From contig JBDRFG010000088.1 of assembly GCA_043819135.1 (NCBI GenBank), positions 1 through 62,585 on the forward strand: 62,585 nucleotides of DNA, read 5' to 3'. Position 1 is the stretch's first letter, and every line of letters starts with the position of its first letter. The notes beneath the pieces are model-generated. The model was given only the letters and a program-made list of their open reading frames with translations, did no database searches and was not told where the DNA came from. This document shows positions 55,801 to 62,585 of the stretch, one piece after another. The position numbers and the translations under genes were made by a program. The DNA is from Candidatus Eiseniibacteriota bacterium (GTDB lineage Bacteria; Joyebacterota; Joyebacteria; Joyebacterales; Joyebacteraceae).

Positions 55801-57063
55801 TTGGTTCGAGTAACGACCGGTATACTCCTGCTTGCGCTTCTTGCGTGCCCGCTCGTGTCGGACTCAAACGCGAGCCAGTCGCTCGACGGGACTCTCGAGG
55901 GCTACCTCAGTCTGGCTCAGAACTCGAGCCCGGCGATAGCAGCTGCGAGCGCGCGTTACGACGCGGCCCGTGCGAAAGTCAACCGGGCCGGCGGCCTGCC
56001 CGATCCGGTGGTGAGCTACGGCCACTACTTCGAGGAGGTGGAGACCCGAGTGGGTCCGCAGGTCTACAGGCTGGGCGTGCGCCAGAAACTGCCGTGGTTC
56101 GGGAAGCTGTCGCTGGCGGAGGGGGCGGCGAGCGAGCGGGCAGCGGCGGAGTCTGAGCGCTTGCGCGCCGCGCGCCTCGATGTTGCGATGTCGGTGACGC
56201 GGGCGTTCGCGGAGTACGCCTACCTGGGTCGCGCCATCGAGGTCACCGAGGAGCGACTGTCGCTGCTTGGCGCTCTTGAGGCGGTCGTGCGGTCGAGCTA
56301 CTCAAGCGGCAGCGACTCCTACGGTGACGTTATGAAGGCGCAGATCGGGCTGGCGAGGGCCGAGGACTCTTTGGCCTCTCTTCTTGCAAGGAGGAGAGCA
56401 TCATCGTCCCGACTTTCTGCGGCCGTGGGTGTGCGTGATGAGGGCGAGTTGCCGCTGCCCGACATGATCCCGGACGCGGTGCATCCGCAGGGATCGCTGG
56501 AGGCGGCCTTGTTCGAGGAGCAGAGCCCGGAGCTGCTCTCGCTGCGTCATGAGACGGAGGCGGCACGATACGAGCAACGGCTGGCGCGGCGGGCCTATTT
56601 TCCGGACCTGACCGTAGGCGTTGACTACATCGCCACGGACGACGCATTGATGCCAGTCGAGGACAGCGGGAAGGACCCTCTGATAGGCGTCGCTTCGATC
56701 AGCTTCCCGCTCTGGTTCGGGAAGCATGCGGCCGGCGTCAGGCAGGCCGACTCGGCGCTGGACGCAAGAGAACGCATGACGGAGCAGCGAACCATCGAAC
56801 TCGTCGCGGAGCTTCGGATGTTGGAATTCGAGCTGGATGACGCGGTGCGGCGAGTGGCGCTGTACGCGGAACGGCTGGTTCCGGCGGGGGAGCAATCGGT
56901 TGCCGCAACGGACGCGGCGTACCGCGCCGGGACGGCCGACTTCGACGCGCTCGTGGTCGCGCACGAAGCGGCGCTCGAGTTCGAACTTGCACTCGCGCGG
57001 TCGCGTGCGGATGCGCTCACTGCCGCGGCCGAGCTCGTCAGGCTGACGGGGTCGGACTACTAG
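55801..57063 (+). CDS. TolC/CusC-like outer-membrane factor
   Basis: LPDP, QKLPWFGKL, YFPD, PLWFGK; heads a heavy-metal RND operon. Confidence 0.88.
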   Translation: MVRVTTGILLLALLACPLVSDSNASQSLDGTLEGYLSLAQNSSPAIAAASARYDAARAKVNRAGGLPDPVVSYGHYFEEVETRVGPQVYRLGVRQKLPWFGKLSLAEGAASERAAAESERLRAARLDVAMSVTRAFAEYAYLGRAIEVTEERLSLLGALEAVVRSSYSSGSDSYGDVMKAQIGLARAEDSLASLLARRRASSSRLSAAVGVRDEGELPLPDMIPDAVHPQGSLEAALFEEQSPELLSLRHETEAARYEQRLARRAYFPDLTVGVDYIATDDALMPVEDSGKDPLIGVASISFPLWFGKHAAGVRQADSALDARERMTEQRTIELVAELRMLEFELDDAVRRVALYAERLVPAGEQSVAATDAAYRAGTADFDALVVAHEAALEFELALARSRADALTAAAELVRLTGSDY

Positions 57064-57106
57064 GTCGGACACTCCCGGGAACGACCGAGGGAGAGGAGAG
57101 ACAGCA

Positions 57107-58453
57107 ATGCACGGAAGCCGCGGCAAGGAGCGGACCGACAGACGGGAGAAGCGCGAGGCGCTGCTATTCGGGGTTCTCCTGCTCGTGGCAGTCTTCGCGG
57201 TGTCCTGCGGAGGCGACCGCGAGCTCCCGGACGGACACGCGCACGACCAGACGGAGGCTTCTGTCTGGACCTGCTCGATGCATCCTCAGGTTCGCAGCGA
57301 CGGTCCCGGGGACTGTCCGATATGCGGCATGGATCTGATCCCGGTGGAGGACGACGGCCGGGCCGAGGAAGCGGGCGAGCGCGTTCTGTCAGTGTCCGAG
57401 GCCGGACGGAAGCTCATGGATATCGAGACGGCGCCCGTGATGAGAATGAGCGTCGAGGTGGATGTGGGGTTGGTGGGGAAGGTGACCTACGACGAGGGGC
57501 GCGTGTCGCGGATAGCGGCCTGGGTGCCCGGGAGAGTCGAGAGACTCCACGTGGACTACGTCGGGTATGAGGTGAGAGCGGGCGAGCCCATGGTCGAGCT
57601 GTATGGCCCCGAGCTCCTGGCGGCACAGCAGGAACTCCTGCAGTCGATCGGCGCCCATCGCGACGCGGTGGCCGCCGGCAAGCCCCGCCTCATCGAATCG
57701 ACGCGCCAGGTGCTTGAGGCAGTGCGCGAACGGCTTCGCCTGTGGGGTCTCTCGGAGGCTCAGGTCACCGAGATCGAGAGCCGCGGTGTGGCGGCGCCAC
57801 GCGTGACGATCGAGTCTCCGGCAGGCGGCACCGTGGTCGAGAAGAGCGTCACGGAAGGCTCATACGTCTCCACGGGGCAGATGCTCTTCACGATAGCCGA
57901 CTTGTCGGTTGTCTGGGTCGAGCTCTCGGCCTACGAATCCGACCTGCCCTGGCTGTCGGAGGGGCAGCCCGTCGAGTTTGAGACCACGGCCTTTCCGGGA
58001 CGGACGTTCGCCGGGAAACTGTCCTTCGTGGAGCCGGTTGTGGACCCGGTCACAAGGACGGTGACGGTGAGGGCAGAGGTCCCGAACGGCGACCGGGCGC
58101 TCATGCCCGACATGTTCGTCCGCGCGACCGCGCGCTCGGCGCACCACGCGCACGGCGAGAAGGTGCCTCTGGTCATCCCGGCGACCGCGCCGCTCCTTAC
58201 CGGCGAGCGGGCAGTCGTCTACGTTGAGCTCAGCGGCGCCGACGCTCCCACCTTCGAGGGGCGCGAGGTCGTGCTCGGACCGAGAGCCGGCGACTACTAC
58301 ATCGTCGTCTCGGGTCTTCATGAAGGAGAGCGCGTCGTGTCCGAAGGCGCGTTCAAGATCGACAGCGCGCTACAGATACGGGCGAAGCCCAGCATGATGA
58401 GCCCGGAAGCAGACGCGAAACCGGCGCCTGTGACGGGGCACGCCGGGCACTAG
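57107..58453 (+). CDS. cusB: CusB-like periplasmic adaptor with heavy-metal-binding domain
   Basis: WTCSMHPQV...PGDCPICGMDLIP, YGPELLAAQQE, His-rich segments, ends GHAGH. Confidence 0.88.
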   Translation: MHGSRGKERTDRREKREALLFGVLLLVAVFAVSCGGDRELPDGHAHDQTEASVWTCSMHPQVRSDGPGDCPICGMDLIPVEDDGRAEEAGERVLSVSEAGRKLMDIETAPVMRMSVEVDVGLVGKVTYDEGRVSRIAAWVPGRVERLHVDYVGYEVRAGEPMVELYGPELLAAQQELLQSIGAHRDAVAAGKPRLIESTRQVLEAVRERLRLWGLSEAQVTEIESRGVAAPRVTIESPAGGTVVEKSVTEGSYVSTGQMLFTIADLSVVWVELSAYESDLPWLSEGQPVEFETTAFPGRTFAGKLSFVEPVVDPVTRTVTVRAEVPNGDRALMPDMFVRATARSAHHAHGEKVPLVIPATAPLLTGERAVVYVELSGADAPTFEGREVVLGPRAGDYYIVVSGLHEGERVVSEGAFKIDSALQIRAKPSMMSPEADAKPAPVTGHAGH

Positions 58454-58475
58454 CAGCGGCATCCACGGGAGCGGA

Positions 58476-61400
58476 ATGGCTCGGGAAAATGGGACCAACC
58501 ACATCGAGGAATCGCCCGCGCTCGGCGCTATGATAGGCTTCTTCCTGAGGAACAAGCCCATCGTGGCGCTCATCGTCGTGCTGGTCGTGGCATGGGGACT
58601 CATGGTCGCCCCGTTCGACTGGAACCTGGGCGGGCTGCCTCGGGACCCGGTGCCCGTAGACGCGATCCCGGACATCGGTGAGAACCAGCAGATCGTCTTC
58701 ACCGAATGGATGGGCAGGTCGCCTCAGGATGTCGAGGACCAGATAACCTACCCGTTGACCGTGTCGCTCCTGGGAATGCCGGGCGTCAGGACGGTCCGCA
58801 GCTACTCCTTCTTCGGCTTCTCGTCCATATACGTCATCTTCGAGGACAACATCGACTTCTACTGGTCCAGAAGTCGTGTCCTCGAGAAACTCGCCAGCCT
58901 TCCGCCGAACACCCTTCCTGAAGAAGTCCGGCCGATGCTCGGCCCTGACGCGACGGCGCTCGGCCAGGTGTTCTGGTACACGCTGGAGGGCCGCGACGCC
59001 CAGGGCAATCCGGCAGGCGGCTGGGATCCGCAGGAGCTCCGGTCGATCCAGGACTGGTACGTCCGCTACGCGCTGATGTCGGCGGAGGGCGTCTCCGAGG
59101 TGGCCTCCATCGGGGGGTTCGTGCGGGAGTACCAGATAGACGTTGACCCCTACGCGCTCCGCGCGCACGGCGTGACGCTCGAGCAGGTAGTCGATGCCGT
59201 GAGGATGTCGAACATAGACGTGGGCGCCAGGACGATAGAGGTCAACCGTGTCGAGTACATCGTGCGCGGGCTTGGCTTCATCGAGAGCATCGAGGACATC
59301 GAGAGCATCGTTGTTGCGGCCGCGGACGGCGTCCCCCTGAAACTCAGTGAGATAGCGACGGTTCAGCGGGGGCCGGCCGCGCGGCGCGGCGCGCTCGACA
59401 AGAACGGGGCCGAGGCCGTGGGCGGTGTCGTCGTCGTGCGCCACGGGTACAACTCTCTGGCCGCCATCGACCACGTGCGGGAAAAGATAGACGAGATCAG
59501 CGCGGGCCTTCCCCGGAAGACACTGGAAGACGGTACTATCTCGCAGGTGGCCGTCGTCCCGTTCTACGATCGCACGGCGCTGATTTACGAGACGTTGGGT
59601 ACTCTCAACGCCGCGCTGTCTCTCGAGATTCTCGTCACGATCATCGTGGTCATCGTCATGGTCATGCACTTCGGCGGCGCGATGATGATCTCCGGGGTGC
59701 TGCCGCTCGTCGTACTGATGTGCTTCATCGGAATGAAGACCTTCAAGGTCGACGCCAACATCGTTGCGCTGTCCGGGATCGCCATCGCCGTCGGCACCAT
59801 CGTCGACATGGGCATCATCCTCACGGAGAACATACTGAGGCATCTGCGCGACGCTGATCCCTCTGAGAGCAGGCTCGATGTCGTTCAGCGCGGGGCCTCG
59901 GAGGTCAGCGGCGCCGTGCTCACCGCCATATCGACGACGGTGGTCAGTTTTCTTCCCGTGTTCGCCATGACCGGCGCCGAGGGCAAGCTCTTCAGGCCGC
60001 TCGCGTACACCAAGACGTTCGCTCTCGCGAGTTCCGTGCTGGTTGCTCTGATCGTTCTGCCTCCGCTGGCGCATCTGGTGCTGAGGAAGCACGGGGAGAA
60101 ACGCCTCGAGGGGCGGCCGCGCTCGCGCGACGTAGCGCACGCTCTCCTTCTGGCAGCGGGTGTGGCACTCGTCGTCGTGACCACGTGGTGGGCGGGTCTC
60201 ATCGTGGCGCTTCTGGGGCTCAGGCACTTCGTGGCCGCGCCGCTCGCCCGCCGCGGAGTGGTTCTGCCCGAGATCACCCCGCTCGTGCTCGTGGGACTTC
60301 TGGTCGTTCTCACGTTGACGCGCAACTGGATGCCGCTGGGTCTGGGTCGGGCGTTCTTACCGAATTTCCTCTTCGTCGCCCTGATGCTGGGCGCGCTGCT
60401 GGCGTTCTTCAAGCTGTTCGCTGGTGCCTATCCGCGCATGCTCGGGTGGTGTCTCGACAACAAGAAGAAGTTCATCGCCATCCCGATCACGGTGGTTCTC
60501 CTGGGTGGACTCATCTGGTTCGGTTTCGGCGCTGTCTTTGGTTTCATACCGCTCGGGCTGGATGGTCTGGGCGTTCCCGAGAACAGCGTCCGTTCGAGCG
60601 CTCTCTGGTCGGGCCCGGCGCACGCCTTCCCCGGTCTCGGCCGGGAATTTATGCCTCCGCTCGACGAGGGTTCGTTCCTCTGGATGCCGACCACGATGCC
60701 GCACGCCTCGATCGGTGAGGCGCTGGACGTGCTTCAGAAGCAGGACATGGCGTTCGGTACCATCCCCGAGGTCGAAAGCGTCGTCGGCAAGATAGGCCGC
60801 GTCGACAGCCCGCTGGACCCCGCGCCCATCTCGATGATCGAGACGGTCATCAACTACAAGTCCGAGTACGCCTCCGACGAGCGGGGACGCGCCCTGCTCT
60901 TCCGCTATGACCGGGAGACGGGCGAGTACCCGCGAGACGAGTTCGGGGATCTGATCCCCGACAGGCGCGGGCGGCCCTACCGGCAGTGGCGTCCCGAGAT
61001 CGAGAGCCCCGACGACATATGGGACGAGATCGTGAAGGCGGGACGCATCCCGGGCACGACATCGGCGCCGAAGCTGCAGCCGATAGAGACCAGGCTCGTG
61101 ATGCTTCAGAGCGGCATGCGCGCGCCCATGGGTGTGAAGGTGAGGGGCCCCGATCTCGAGACAATCGAAAAGGTCGCGCTCGACATAGAGACGCTGCTCA
61201 AAGAGGTTCCCTCCGTCGATTCGGGATCGGTCCTCGCGGACAGAATAGTGGGGAAGCCCTACATCGAGATCGACATCGACAGGGACGCCATCGCCAGGTA
61301 CGGCCTGCACATGAAGAGCGTACAGGATGTCGTTGAGACCGCCGTAGGCGGGCGCCAGGTGACGACGACGGTCGAGGGAAGAGAACGCTACCCCGTCCGC

Positions 61401-62294
61401 GTGCGTTACGCCCGCGAGCTCAGGGACAGCATCGAGTCGCTCGGCGACGTGCTGGTGGCCGCCCCAGGCGGCGCGCAGGTACCGCTGAGAGAACTCTCGG
61501 AAATTCGCTACGTCCGCGGACCGCAGGCCATCAAGAGCGAGGACACGGCGCTCGTGGGGTACGTGACGTTCGGGAGCCGGCCGGGCTTCCCGGAGGTCGA
61601 CGTGGTCGAGATGTGCGGGGCCTACCTTGATGAGATGCGTGAGTCCGGCCGGTTCAACGTGCCGGAAGGTGTGAGCTACCGGTTCGCCGGCAGCTACGAG
61701 AACCAGGTCCGGGCCCAGAAGAAACTGGCGGTGGTGCTGCCGCTGGCCCTCCTCATCATATTCATGATCCTGTACCTTCAGTTCAAGTCGATCGCCACCT
61801 CGTTGATCGTCTTCTCCGGCATCGCCGTTGCCTGGGCGGGAGGGTTCATCCTGCTCTGGCTCTACGGCAAGCCGTGGTTCCTCGATTTCAGCGTCATGGG
61901 CGCGAGCACGCGCGACCTCTTCCAGATCCATCCCGTGAACCTGTCGGTCGCCGTGTGGGTCGGGTTCCTCGCGCTCTTCGGGATCGCGTCCGACGACGGT
62001 GTCGTGCAGGCCACCTACCTGGACCAGGCGTGCGCGTCCCGGAAGATGTCCTCCGTGCGAGACGTCAGGCAGGCGGTCATAGAAGGCGCGTCGCGCCGCA
62101 TCCGGCCGTGCCTCATGACGAGCGCTACCACCATTCTGGCGCTCCTCCCGGTTCTCACCTCCGTCGGCCGGGGCTCTGACGTAATGGTGCCCATGGCCAT
62201 CCCTTCCTTCGGCGGCATGCTCGTCGTCCTCCTGTCTGTCTTCGTTACCCCGGTGCTCTACAGCTGGGTGAGGGAGAGGCGCGAGCAGCGGTGA
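58476..62294 (+). CDS. cusA: CusA/SilA-type heavy-metal RND permease (long form)
   Basis: DAIPDIGENQQIV, LGPDATALGQ, Met sites FMPPLDEG..WMP, APISMIET, RLVMLQSG, RIRPCLMT. Confidence 0.92.
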   Translation: MARENGTNHIEESPALGAMIGFFLRNKPIVALIVVLVVAWGLMVAPFDWNLGGLPRDPVPVDAIPDIGENQQIVFTEWMGRSPQDVEDQITYPLTVSLLGMPGVRTVRSYSFFGFSSIYVIFEDNIDFYWSRSRVLEKLASLPPNTLPEEVRPMLGPDATALGQVFWYTLEGRDAQGNPAGGWDPQELRSIQDWYVRYALMSAEGVSEVASIGGFVREYQIDVDPYALRAHGVTLEQVVDAVRMSNIDVGARTIEVNRVEYIVRGLGFIESIEDIESIVVAAADGVPLKLSEIATVQRGPAARRGALDKNGAEAVGGVVVVRHGYNSLAAIDHVREKIDEISAGLPRKTLEDGTISQVAVVPFYDRTALIYETLGTLNAALSLEILVTIIVVIVMVMHFGGAMMISGVLPLVVLMCFIGMKTFKVDANIVALSGIAIAVGTIVDMGIILTENILRHLRDADPSESRLDVVQRGASEVSGAVLTAISTTVVSFLPVFAMTGAEGKLFRPLAYTKTFALASSVLVALIVLPPLAHLVLRKHGEKRLEGRPRSRDVAHALLLAAGVALVVVTTWWAGLIVALLGLRHFVAAPLARRGVVLPEITPLVLVGLLVVLTLTRNWMPLGLGRAFLPNFLFVALMLGALLAFFKLFAGAYPRMLGWCLDNKKKFIAIPITVVLLGGLIWFGFGAVFGFIPLGLDGLGVPENSVRSSALWSGPAHAFPGLGREFMPPLDEGSFLWMPTTMPHASIGEALDVLQKQDMAFGTIPEVESVVGKIGRVDSPLDPAPISMIETVINYKSEYASDERGRALLFRYDRETGEYPRDEFGDLIPDRRGRPYRQWRPEIESPDDIWDEIVKAGRIPGTTSAPKLQPIETRLVMLQSGMRAPMGVKVRGPDLETIEKVALDIETLLKEVPSVDSGSVLADRIVGKPYIEIDIDRDAIARYGLHMKSVQDVVETAVGGRQVTTTVEGRERYPVRVRYARELRDSIESLGDVLVAAPGGAQVPLRELSEIRYVRGPQAIKSEDTALVGYVTFGSRPGFPEVDVVEMCGAYLDEMRESGRFNVPEGVSYRFAGSYENQVRAQKKLAVVLPLALLIIFMILYLQFKSIATSLIVFSGIAVAWAGGFILLWLYGKPWFLDFSVMGASTRDLFQIHPVNLSVAVWVGFLALFGIASDDGVVQATYLDQACASRKMSSVRDVRQAVIEGASRRIRPCLMTSATTILALLPVLTSVGRGSDVMVPMAIPSFGGMLVVLLSVFVTPVLYSWVRERREQR

Positions 62295-62351
62295 TCCAGG
62301 TAGCTGCTGCGTGTTGTTGAGGAGTCCTTGTGTGAGGCGGGCATCCGGCGC

Positions 62352-62380
62352 TTGACTTCTCTGCCAATGCCGAATATCAT
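62352..62380 (+). promoter_or_regulatory. Sigma70 promoter of the tRNA cluster
   Basis: TTGACT-N17-TATCAT. Confidence 0.75.
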
Positions 62381-62402
62381 ACTTGTTTGACTAGCAGCCG
62401 CA

Positions 62403-62480
<78 letters not shown>

Positions 62481-62484
62481 GGAC

Positions 62485-62561
<77 letters not shown>

Positions 62562-62568
62562 GAAGAAC

Positions 62569-62585
62569 GGTGGAAGTAGCTCAGT
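62569..62585 (+). tRNA. 5' fragment of a tRNA, probably tRNA-His (cut by the window edge)
   Basis: GGTGGAAGTAGCTCAGT fits an 8-nt acceptor strand with G-1. Pro-Arg-His is a common order. Anticodon not visible. Confidence 0.6.

Overview
GC-rich bacterial chromosomal window from a diderm organism (TamB/Omp85, GT9 heptosyltransferase-like gene, TolC/RND systems). The T9SS/FlgD-type C-terminal domains and gingipain homologues point to an FCB-related candidate lineage (inference only). Gene order: two GH57 genes, tamB-Omp85, an unpaired groEL, a complete Val T-box riboswitch ahead of an archaeal-type valS, glycosyltransferases, secreted hydrolases (CBM20-esterase, tricorn-like S41), a CPA antiporter with an EIIA/PII-like partner, and two tandem Arg-gingipain-like C25 proteases. 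These are faced by a stand-alone C25 prodomain gene whose residual secretion tail lies behind an in-frame amber codon. Next come a TetR-regulated RND operon, tRNA-Leu, a structured non-coding locus upstream of smpB, amidase-GerMN-murI-rdgB, a candidate anti-SD sRNA, a CusCBA-like operon and a tRNA Pro-Arg-(His) cluster. The strongest leads are the protease/free-prodomain module, the T-box in a diderm, the shared short C-terminal tail SWGxIKAx(Y/F)R, and the ncRNA candidates at 50.6-51.3 kb and 55.5 kb. No integrase, transposase or CRISPR array was recognised. All family calls come from motif recognition, not database searches. Several start codons were moved from the ORF track on RBS evidence.
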